DNA of 64,000 bases, from positions 1-64,000 of the forward strand of contig JAUCBJ010008015.1 in assembly GCA_032718475.1 (NCBI GenBank), given 5' to 3'. The stretch is from Nemertoderma westbladi. Taxonomy: Eukaryota > Animalia > Xenacoelomorpha. The position numbers were made by a program, and so were the translations under genes. Of this stretch, positions 13,676 to 24,700 are shown one piece after another. Position 1 is the first letter of the stretch. Each line of letters begins with the position of its first letter. The notes beneath the pieces were generated by a model, which was not told the DNA's origin, ran no database searches, and saw only the letters and a list, made by a program, of their open reading frames with translations.

Positions 13676-14312
13676 TAGTACTGTAGTACGATAGTTGCGC
13701 AATCCTACGCTTACGGTGCGCGCGCAAGCGCACAACTCCGCTACCGTAACAAATATACAATCAGCAAATTGGCTAAAATCGGGTTGATAAATCCTATCCA
13801 GATGGATTCATACCGTATAATCTCCAATGCAATGTATTAGTCATACTGTATATTGCCTTCTATTATGCGGGTATACATCATGTGTATTATACTGCAGTAC
13901 TGTAGCTGTGTATGTGTACTGTACCTCACCAAGTAGGAATTCCAACTATTTTTTCATATAAATTATTTGCTCTTTCCTGTTCACCGAAACCAATATCCGT
14001 AGATGTAACGGCTTGTCTCTAAGGCACCTTTTTATTAGGAGAGTTTGTGTTGGTCTATCAGTCCGTTGCTTTATTTCATAAAACACACCAATTATTTATT
14101 CATATAAGCCGCTCCATTTACTAACATTGCGCTACTTTGCTTCCACTAAGCTGCAGCTGGTATTTAATGTTTATTAGGTTGCGTTTTATATTGTTTAAGT
14201 ATGGCGTGTTAGTGTCGTTATATTCATTCGCAGAATATTGTATTTTAGTGCGTGAAGTATTTTGAAAACTAAAAATAACAGACTACTAACTAAAAAACTA
14301 GTGACGGTCACT

Positions 14313-14420
14313 ATGTTCAAGGAAACTCTTCTACTTTTAACTCTTGCAGCTCTTCTTGCTGCTGTGGAGTGTTTGGGAGAGAGCCATGGGAACTCAACCG
14401 AATTGGTTGAAAGAGACAAT
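14313..14420 (+). CDS. Fibrinogen-related (FReD) secreted protein, exon 1 (signal peptide and start of propeptide)
   Basis: ATG at 14313, MFKETLLLLTLAALLAAVECLGESHGNSTELVERDN|gtaagt; hydrophobic signal peptide; phase 0. Confidence 0.8.
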
Positions 14421-14803
14421 GTAAGTTTGTTATTTAATGTAGAATCAATGTGTTTGTAGAGCCACTGAAGTTCTAACTACACTTACAATTAACTTTTGCT
14501 GTTAAAGTTTTACCAAAACCTGCTAATTGCGTTCTACTGTAAGTATGATTGGTGCAAATCAAGATTGTGTTTGACTGTTTGCAAAATTTACTGCTGTAAC
14601 CTCTCTGCGTCTCAACTCCTCTCTGACATCCGTATCCTCTGCCAAGTTACACTGTTAAAACTACAGAGTTCATCAAATTACACATTAATAATAATAATAA
14701 TATAAAAGTTACTTTTTCCAAACAAATTAGTTTCCCCCGCCGAAGGCATTCCATTTATTCCACCCAAGATAAATATGTATGTAGACCTACATACAGACAT
14801 ACC

Positions 14804-15635
14804 TACCGCTAAAAGACCCCCACTTGTTCCACTAAAGCCTTGTTAAATAAATGTGTGAGTAAGCCTACCTACCGCTAAAAGATCCCCACTTGTTCCACCA
14901 AAGCCTTGTTAAATAAATGTGTGAGTAAGCCTACCTACCGCTAAAATATCCTCACTTGTTCCACTAAAGCCTTGTTAAATAATGTGTGAGTAAGCCTACC
15001 TACCGCTAAAAGATCCCCACTTGTTCCACCAAAGCCTTGTTAAATAAATGTGTGAGTAAGCCTACCTACCGCTAAAATATCCTCACTTGTTCCACTAAAG
15101 CCTTGTTAAATAAATGTGTGAGTAAGCCTACCTACCGCTAAAAGATCCCCACTTGTTCCACCAAAGCCTTGTTAAATAAATGTGTGAGTAAGCCGACCTA
15201 CCGCTAAAATATTCTCACTTGTTCCACTAAAGCCTTGTTAAATAAATGTGTGAGTAAGCCTACCTACCGCAAAAAGATCCCCACTTGTTCCACTAAAGCC
15301 TTGTTAAATAAATGTGTGAGTAAGCCTACCTACCGCTAAAAGATCCCCACTTGTTCCACTAAAGCCTTGTTAAATAAATGTGTGAGTAAGCCTACCTACC
15401 GCTAAAAGACCCCCACTTGCTCCACCAAAGCCTTGTTAAATAAATGTGTGAGTAAGCCTACCAGCCTTGTTAAATAAATGTGTGAGTAAGCCTACCAGCC
15501 TTGTTGAATAAATGTGTGAGTAAGCCTACCAGCCTTGTTGAATAAATGTGTGAGTAAGCCTACCAGCCTTGTTAAATAAATGTGTGAGTTGTGAGTAAGC
15601 CTACCAGCCTTGTTAAATAAATGTGTGAGTAAGTC
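14804..15635. repeat. 66-bp minisatellite (alternating dimer) shrinking to a ~34-bp unit, in the FReD intron
   Basis: Unit TACCGCTAAAAGATCCCCACTTGTTCCACTAAAGCCTTGTTAAATAAATGTGTGAGTAAGCCTACC; from ~15430 only AGCCTTGTTAAATAAATGTGTGAGTAAGCCTACC repeats. Confidence 0.93.
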
Positions 15636-15741
15636 TATACCTATGCATAATTGCTTCGTATTTTTATCTAATGATGAAAGCTAAAATATTATCGAATAAA
15701 TAGATAAATAATTTAAAGTTACACAATAATTATTGTTTTAG

Positions 15742-16398
15742 GATAATGACCAAGAAGAAGTAGATCTGGCTACCACCCAAAGCATGTTAAACAAAAGAGG
15801 GTCGCTTCAGGACGGGATAAAGATTCAACAAAGAGTTGATGGATCTGTTGACTTTTACCGTAACTGGAACGAATACGTTAATGGATTTGGCGACCCGAAT
15901 ACCAATTTTTGGTTGGGGTTGCAGATGATCCACGAGCTGAGTAAAGGCGGGGTGAAATTGAGAATCGATTTGTGGTTCACTGGAACGGGTTATGCAGATC
16001 CCAATTACGCAGGGGGTAGAGAGAAGTATTACAACAACGAACACAAATACGCGGAATACAACAACTTCTCTATCGGATCAGCTGCAACTAATTATCGCCT
16101 ACATGTATCCCGTTACCATGGTACTGCTGGTGACTCATTGGAGTGGCTTCACAACGGTAAGCCATTCACTACCAAGGACCGCGATAATGATAAGAGGGAC
16201 GGCAACTGCGCCGTTTATCGTACTGGGGCGTGGTGGTACAACGACTGCGGGTGGAGTAACTTGAACGGATTATACGGTGCGGAGGGTTATAAAGGAACTT
16301 ATTGGTATACTTTTACTGGATATACTCCGGTAGGCCTAAACTCCGGTACTACTAAACTCCATCCGGCTTCTCGAGTTGAAATGAAGATTTATCGTTAG
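15742..16398 (+). CDS. Fibrinogen-related (ficolin/tachylectin-5-like) protein, exon 2, FReD domain
   Basis: ttttag acceptor at 15741, in frame with ORF 15784-16398. Motifs QQRVDGSVDFYRNWNEYVNGFG, FWLGL, AGDSL, FTTKDRDND, NCA..GAWWYNDCGWSNLNG, EMKI. The spliced product is 254 aa. AATAAA near 16662. Confidence 0.92.
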   Translation, partial: DNDQEEVDLATTQSMLNKRGSLQDGIKIQQRVDGSVDFYRNWNEYVNGFGDPNTNFWLGLQMIHELSKGGVKLRIDLWFTGTGYADPNYAGGREKYYNNEHKYAEYNNFSIGSAATNYRLHVSRYHGTAGDSLEWLHNGKPFTTKDRDNDKRDGNCAVYRTGAWWYNDCGWSNLNGLYGAEGYKGTYWYTFTGYTPVGLNSGTTKLHPASRVEMKIYR

Positions 16399-17149
16399 TA
16401 AAACTGTAAGTTTTATATAAAATTACTGAATAATTTCAATAGAGTAGCGTTGGAAACTAACTTTTATATTTAATTATAAAATTAATTTTTATTCTACGAG
16501 TAAAACCATTGCCGCGGGTAGGAAACGCAATGTGTGAACAATTTAATATTAAAGATTTAATTTTATTTCACTAAATTCCTAATGACCTCCATCACCATCT
16601 CCATGAAATATTCTGCTATTTGGTTGCTTTAAGGTATTTCGTATAACATTTCTATATGGAAAATAAATAAACAATACGATATAATATATTTGGGTGAAAA
16701 GTTCCTGATTAATAATACTGTAGTTCCTGAATAAATATGTTATCGTTTTATTTACTATGAAATTATTTACTTTAACGTTTTTATTATTTATTTTGCAGTT
16801 TGAATTCCCAATGAGTTGTAGAAGAGATACTATGTACCTTGGCCTACAGTTCTAAATGATTCATTAAACACAACTGCTATATGTTACCTGTTTACTGTAT
16901 ATGTTATATGGTTTGGTTATTGGTTTATGTTTGGTTAATATTTACAATATATTAATAAATTATAGTTGCAATGATTTAACTTTATTTACTTGACTTGATG
17001 TTGTAGACCGGGGCCCGGTTGCATAAATGAACCTTAGCTAAGGCGCTGGTTCAACCCCCGGTGACGTGCTTCGTAATTATTTCCATTTCTGAACATAACC
17101 ATAATTACAGTTGTATTAACAGCTCAACTTAAATTCATAGACAATAGAC

Positions 17150-18710
17150 AATATATAATATTTATTTTCCAAACATCAAATTTTGCACATAACAGTTTAA
17201 TGTGTGAAAAAATAAGTCTTGCAGATGAATATCAAAAATTTGAAATTATGTTCTAGAATTTTTATGGAAGCAACAGAGATTGTCAGTAGCAGATGCTAGT
17301 TTTGACAATAACTGTTGTAGTAACTTGATGTTGGAGAGGGGGGGGGGGGGGGCTTACGCCTAAGGGGTAGGGGGGGGGGGATTGAGAGCAAAGCCAGATC
17401 AGGCGGATGATGTTTTAATTAATTTAGGTTTATGTTTATTTTATCTTACTTTATAGATTTAATTATAATTATTATTCTATTCTATTAATTTTATTAATTA
17501 GTTATTTATACCAGTTCTTCCATGAGTAGTTCTTTTAAATCTTTTGAAAATGATTGTTTTGTTTTTTTGTTTTTTATTTTTAGTGGTAGTGAGTTCCAGG
17601 TTATTGCCCCGTGGTATTTTAGAGATTTTCGCGTTTGCTGAAGTCTGGTACGATGAATGAAGTAGTTGCGGGTAGCTGTAGAACGTGTGATGTGGGAGTG
17701 AATAAGACTTGTCGGTTTAAACAGTGATGTAATGTATTCTTGTTTTTTGTGATTAATAATTTCCCACATAAGTTTAGCCGTTTCGAGTTCATATAGTTTG
17801 TCAATAGGTATAATGTTTAGTGATCTGTAAATCGGTGGTGCGTGTGCTAAGTAGTGGTTGAAGGTTATCGCGCGTATTATTTTGTTAACCTTGACTCTAA
17901 TTGGATTAATATTTTTTGCACTTGAGTTTCCCCATAGAATTATTCCGTATGACAAGTAGGGATGGATGAAGGTATGGTATAATGATTTTAATATTTTCAG
18001 AGGTAAGATATATCGTAGTTTGAAAAATAAACCAGCGGATTTTGAAATTTTTTTGTTTACATAAGCGCAGTGTTGTTGCCAAGTCAGTTTATTGTCGATA
18101 AATAAGCCTAAGAATTTAGTTGATTCTACAATATTGACTGGTTTCCCTTGAATTATAACTTGTTCGTCGGTAGTATTTTGTTTTTTAGTGATAAGTAGGT
18201 ATTCCGTTTTTTTTAGATTTAGTGAGAGCTTATTGTCTAATAGCCATTCTTCAAGTTTGGTAAGTTCCTTATTAACAGTGTCGATGAGGGTGTCTTGGTT
18301 TGGGTGATAGTACAGTAGATTTGTGTCATCAGCGAAGAGAGTTGTTGTTAATTGTGTACAGTTTGGTAAGTCGTTAATGTATAAAAGGAATAGTGTGGCA
18401 CTTAGAATTGCTCCTTGAGGTGTTCCACAGGTAGAGGTTAGGGGTTCGGATTGGTTGTTATTGAGGGAGACGTAATGGGTGCGTTCAGTTAGATAGCTTT
18501 TTAGAAGAGTGTGTGGCAGGCCTCGTATTCCGTAGCAGTTTAGTTTTTTGAGTAGTATTTCGTGATTCAGTGTGTCGAAGGCTTTTTTTAAATCTATTGT
18601 AATCAAACAGGCAGATTGCTCAGTGTCAAGTATTTCATATAGGCGTTCGGTAATTGTCAGAATTGCATCAGTAGTTGTCGAATGTTTACGGAACCCATAT
18701 TGGTCATTGG
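17150..18710 (-). mobile_element. 5'-truncated CR1/L2-group non-LTR retrotransposon (RT C-terminal half plus 3' UTR)
   Basis: ORF 17506-18606 with IDLKKAFDT, GTPQGAILS, FADD, KFLG; upstream in-frame QYGFRK..STTDA; left boundary approximate. Confidence 0.88.
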
Positions 18711-19099
18711 ATTGGTCATTTAATTATTAACACCATGCAGCAATACTCGAGCTGAATATTTATTTATTTGTACTTCCCTCCTGTTTCACTCTAACATACG
18801 GTACTCGAGGCCGGTAGGTCCGTTGTATGTGATCAACTCTATGTGATACACAGCACAACAGAATGTGACACTCCATACAATCAGGCCTTCCACTAACCCA
18901 ATAAGGGAGAAACAAGCAAAGCTGCCAGCAGCTCATTGGTCAATCAACATTGGCAATGTAATTCACCCTGAAACATGGACCAATCAGCGTCAAGCAGTTT
19001 AAAAGGAAATGTATCTCTATTATTTGCGAATACACCACTTCCAAACTCCATACAAAGTCGGCACTTTAAATGAATAAACTTTATTTTTGTAAAATAAAT

Positions 19100-20670
19100 T
19101 ATTTTTAGGTCCGCGAAGCGAGACCTCTAGTATTCACTCAGTTTTTTCTGGTGTTGTTAATAATTTCTTGTTTGCTATTTTAGGTCTTATTAGGACTTTG
19201 TATGGCTCCAGTTGTTCAAGCAGAATACCCAAGGACTCTGGTAAATCTAAGGTTGAGAGTAGGTTAGAGCTAAGGTCGCAAGGATGGCAGCTTAATAGAT
19301 TGCTAGTGAACGGCTGCCCACCAGGGAGGGTGGATGGATATTTCAGAGGAAGGGGCAGGACATGGATATACAGTAGTTAGATTAGAATAGGGTTATATAG
19401 GATAGGGTTAGGATAGGATAGTTTAGGATAGAAGGATAGGGTAGGACATGATATGATAGGCTAGGATAGAGTAAGATAGGATAGGGTATGATAGGAGGAT
19501 AGAGTATAGGATAGGATAGGGTATGATAGGAGGATAGAGTATAGGATAGGATAGGGTATGATAGGAGGATAGAGTATAGGATAGGATAGGGTATGATAAG
19601 AGGATAGAGTATAGGATAGGATAGGGTATGATAGGAGGATAGAGTATAGGATAGGATAGGGTATGATAGGAGGATAGAGTATAGGATAGGATAGGGTATG
19701 GTAGGAGGATAGAGTATAGGATAGGATAGGGTATGATAGGAGGATAGAGTATAGGATAGGATAGGGTATGATATGAGGATAGAGTATAGGATAGGATAGG
19801 GTATGATAGGAGGATAGAGTATAGGATAGGGTATGATAGGAGGATAGAGTATAGGGTAGGATAGGGTATGATAGGAGGATAGAGTATAGGATAGGATAGG
19901 GTATGATAGGAGGATAGAGTATAGGATAGGATAGGGTATGATAGGAGGATGGAGTATAGGATAGGATAGGGTATGATAGGAGGATAGAGTATAGGATAGG
20001 ATAGGGTATGATAGGAGGATTGAGTATAGGATAGGGTATGATAGGAGGATAGAGTATAGGATAGGGTATGATAGGAGGATAGAGTATATGATAGGATAGG
20101 GTATGATCGGAGGCTAGAGTATAGGATAGTATAGGGTATGATAGGAGGATAGAGTATAGTATAGGATAGGGTATGATAGGAGGATAGAGTATATGATAGG
20201 ATAGGGTATGATCGGAGGCTAGAGTATAGGATAGTATAGGGTATGATAGGAGGATAGAGTATAGGATAGGATTGGGTATGATAGGAGGATAGAGTATAGG
20301 ATAGGATAGGGTATGATAGGAGGATAGAGTATAGGATAGGGTATGATAGGAGGATGGAGTATAGGATAGGATAGGGTATGATAGGAGGATAGAGTATAGG
20401 ATAGGGTATGATAGGAGGATAGAGTATAGGATAGGGTATGATAGGAGGATAGAGTATAGGATAGGATAGGGTATGATAGGAGGATAGAGTATAGGATAGG
20501 ATAGGGTATGATAAGAGGATAGAGTATAGGATAGAATAGGGTATGATAGATAATATGTTAATTAATTATCTATACTGTTATAAATTGTTATTTATTTGTG
20601 ATTTATGATTTTATTTATATTAAGTATTTTATTTTTAGGACTATAAACCTTATTTAAGGGGTTACTAAGG
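19100..20670. mobile_element. Probable non-autonomous Helentron/HINE-like element carrying a purine-rich minisatellite
   Basis: Begins TTTTTAGGTCCGCGAAGCGAGACCTCTAG (terminal hairpin) and contains an internal tandem array; family assignment by resemblance only. Confidence 0.35.
19380..20548. repeat. ~35-bp minisatellite built from GGATA pentamers; + strand almost devoid of C
   Basis: Unit GGATAGAGTATAGGATAGGATAGGGTATGATAGGA with 30-bp variants. Confidence 0.93.
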
Positions 20671-21004
20671 GATAATATCAACTAGTCAGTGATGTTGATG
20701 ATGACTGCTTCGAGTCATGTCATGCTTGATGTCAGGTAGTCCCGTCACGTCAAACTGGACGCACGCATTATGCAAAAACGTGCTGCTTTATAGAATACAG
20801 AAGCGTGCATTAATATAAATGTAAATAATACATTCTGGAATACGGTAATTGAAGTTGTTTTTCCATGTCATTGATTACTTTACAGCGTTCCGTCCTATAG
20901 GCCGCAACGCTGCAAGGTAGTACTTTGCAGCGTTACGAGTAATTCACCAGAACGCTGTTAAGTTGACATAATGTAAAAATATGAATACATCAGTAACAGC
21001 TAAC

Positions 21005-21205
21005 CGTGTTTTTCCCGATCTTTGTAAATGGATCTCCGTTGCCAGACACCGAAGGTAATGTTCTAGAATAATCCACCAATAGATCCTCAACCTCTTTGGT
21101 TACCTTTTAGGCCGCCTCGGGTTCATTCACCAGCACCTCCTGCCAGGCCGTATCAGTGGAATCGCCCATCGTCCAGTCCGTTATATCCAGAAAGTTTCCA
21201 ACAAG
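21005..21205 (-). CDS. aGPCR exon: GAIN subdomain A, with premature TAA
   Basis: LVGNFLDITDWTMGDSTDTAWQEVLVNEPEAA*KVTKEVEDLLVDYSRTLPSVSGNGDPFTKIGKNT; 201 bp, phase 0-0; ttttag and gttagc boundaries. Confidence 0.8.
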
Positions 21206-21426
21206 CTAAAAATCAAATTATTTTATCAAAAGTAATCGTAGCCTATATATAGTATGGGGGTGTGTATATTGGTTTGTATCAACCAGCAGTTACCCGGGGA
21301 GTTTCAATAATACATAGTTGGTTTAAATTGTCGACACTACGTTTAGGAGAAATATTTTAGACAATACAGGACGATCGAACTGAGGCTTGTAATGGAGTTA
21401 TAGAGACGAGTACTGCGTTGACAAAG

Positions 21427-21651
21427 GTTGGTTGAGCGCAGGACCTTCAATCTATTGGTTGTACCGGTAGGTTCAGCCCCGCCAGGGTCCACTCAGCCTT
21501 TCATCCACTGGGGTCGATAAAATTAGTACTAGTTAAATAACTGGGAGCAAATCTTGGGGTAGGAGTAGCGCCCACCCCTACCTTCGGGTAACAGCTATCG
21601 AAAGAGGAGCCCTCGGGTCGCCTCCGGCTTCGGCCGACTGTTTGCTTGCTA
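21427..21651 (+). mobile_element. tRNA-derived SINE, 5'-truncated copy
   Basis: Highly similar to 56844-57090; flanked by direct repeat ACTGCGTTGAC (21412-21422 and 21652-21662); (TTGC)n tail. Confidence 0.85.
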
Positions 21652-21725
21652 ACTGCGTTGACTATAAAAGGCGCAGGTTTAATTAACGACACCCCACAGC
21701 GTTACTTGCGAGCTACTAAACACAA

Positions 21726-24700
21726 ACTCTACCACGATAAACTTACTGTATCGGTAGGCGGTGTCCCGTCGTGTCTACTCTACTCTACCACGATATACTT
21801 ACTGTATCGGTAGGCGGTGTCTCGTCGTGTCTACTCTACTCTACCACGATATACTTACTGTATCGGTAGGCGGTGTCTCGTCGTGTCTACTCTACTCTAC
21901 CACGATATACTTACTGTATCGGTAGGCGGTGTCCCGTCGTGTCTACTCTACTCTACCACGATATACTTACTGTATCGGTAGGCGGTGTCCCGTCGTGTCT
22001 ACTCTACTCTACCACGATATACTTACTGTATCGGTAGGCGGTGTCCCGTCGTGTCTACTCTACTCTACCACGATATACTTACTGTATCGGTAGGCGGTGT
22101 CCCGTCGTGTCTACTCTACTCTACCACGATATACTTACTGTATCGGTAGGCGGTGTCCCGTCGTGTCTACTCTACTCTACCACGATATACTTACTGTATC
22201 GGTAGGCGGTGTCCCGTCGTGTCTACTCTACTCTACCACGATATACTTACTGTATCGGTAGGCGGTGTCTCGTCGTGTCTACTCTACTCTACCACGATAT
22301 ACTTACTGTATCGGTAGGCGGTGTCTCGTCGTGTCTACTCTACTCTACCACGATATACTTACTGTATCGGTAGGCGGTGTCCCGTCGTGTCTACTCTACT
22401 CTACCACGATATACTTACTGTATCGGTAGGCGGTGTCCCGTCGTGTCTACTCTACTCTACCACGATATACTTACTGTATCGGTAGGCGGTGTCCCGTCGT
22501 GTCTACTCTACTCTACCACGATATACTTACTGTATCGGTAGGCGGTGTCCCGTCGTGTCTACTCTACTCTACCACGATATACTTACTGTATCGGTAGGCG
22601 GTGTCCCGTCGTGTCTACTCTACTCTACCACGATATACTTACTGTATCGGTAGGCGGTGTCTCGTCGTGTCTACTCTACTCTACCACGATATACTTACTG
22701 TATCGGTAGGCGGTGTCTCGTCGTGTCTACTCTACTCTACCACGATATACTTACTGTATCGGTAGGCGGTGTCCCGTCGTGTCTACTCTACTCTACCACG
22801 ATATACTTACTGTATCGGTAGGCGGTGTCTCGTCGTGTCTACTCTACTCTACCACGATATACTTACTGTATCGGTAGGCGGTGTCTCGTCGTGTCTACTC
22901 TACTCTACCACGATATACTTACTGTATCGGTAGGCGGTGTCTCGTCGTGTCTACTCTACTCTACCACGATATACTTACTGTATCGGTAGGCGGTGTCCCG
23001 TCGTGTCTACTCTACTCTACCACGATATACTTACTGTATCGGTAGGCGGTGTCTCGTCGTGTCTACTCTACTCTACCACGATATACTTACTGTATCGGTA
23101 GGCGGTGTCCCGTCGTGTCTACTCTACCACGATATACTTACTGTATCGGTAGGCGGTGTCCCGTCGTGTCTACTCTACTCTACCACGATATACTTACTGT
23201 ATCGGTAGGCGGTGTCCCGTCGTGTCTACTCTACTCTACCACGATATACTTACTGTATCGGTAGGCGGTGTCTCGTCGTGTCTACTCTACCACGATATAC
23301 TTACTGTATCGGTAGGCGGTGTCCCGTCGTGTCTACTCTACTCTACCACGATAACTTACTGTACGGTAGGCGGTGTCCGTCGTGTCTACTCTACCACGAT
23401 ATACTTACGTACGGTAGGCGGTGTCCCGTCGTGTCTACTCTACTCTACCACGATATACTTACTGTATCGGTAGGCGGTGTCCCGTCGTGTCTACTCTACT
23501 CTACCACGATATACTTACTGTATCGGTAGGCGGTGTCCCGTCGTGTCTACTCTACTCTACCACGATATACTTACTGTATCGGTAGGCGGTGTCCCGTCGT
23601 GTCTACTCTACTCTACCACGATATACTTACTGTATCGGTAGGCGGTGTCTCGTCGTGTCTACTCTACTCTACCACGATATACTTACTGTATCGGTAGGCG
23701 GTGTCCCGTCGTGTCTACTCTACCACGATATACTTACTGTATCGGTAGGCGGTGTCCCGTCGTGCTCTACTCTACTCTACCACGATATACTTACTGTATC
23801 GGTAGGCGGTGTCTCGTCGTGTCTACTCTACTCTACCACGATATACTTACTGTATCGGTAGGCGGTGTCCCGTCGTGTCTACTCTACTCTACCACGATAT
23901 ACTTACTGTATCGGTAGGCGGTGTCTCGTCGTGTCTACTCTACCACCGATATACTTACTGTATCGGTAGGCGGTGTCCCGTCGTGTCTACTCTACTCTAC
24001 CACGATATACTTACTGTATCGGTAGGCGGTGTCTCGTCGTGTCTACTCTACTCTACCACGATATACTTACTGTATCGGTAGGCGGTGTCTCGTCGTGTCT
24101 ACTCTACTCTACCACGATATACTTACTGTATCGGTAGGCGGCGTCTCGTCGTGTCTACTCTACTCTACCACGATATACTTACTGTATCGGTAGGCGGTGT
24201 CCCGTCGTGTCTACTCTACTCTACCACGATATACTTACTGTATCGGTAGGCGGTGTCTCGTCCTGTCTACTCTACTCTACCACGATATACTTACTGTATC
24301 GGTAGGCGGTGTCCCGTCGTGTCTACTCTACTCTACCACGATATACTTACTGTATCGGTAGGCGGTGTCCCGTCGTGTCTACTCTACTCTACCACGATAT
24401 ACTTACTGTATCAGTAGGCGGTGTCCCGTCGTGTCTACTCTACTCTACCACGATATACTTACTGTATCGGTAGGCGGTGTCCCGTCGTGTCTACTCTACT
24501 CTACCACGATATACTTACTGTATCAGTAGGCGGTGTCCCGTCGTGTCTACTCTACTCTACCACGATATACTTACTGTATCGGTAGGCGGTGTCTCGTCGT
24601 GTCTACTCTACTCTACCACGATATACTTACTGTATCGGTAGGCGGTGTCCCGTCGTGTCTACTCTACTCTACCACGATATACTTACTGTATCGGTAGGCG

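Noticed and set aside
21107-21109. Stop-codon recoding or alternative genetic code (TAA read as Gln)
   Set aside because: Long ORFs in the window lack in-frame TAA and the Gypsy ORF terminates with TAA; the same gene also has a frameshift, so decay is the simpler explanation.
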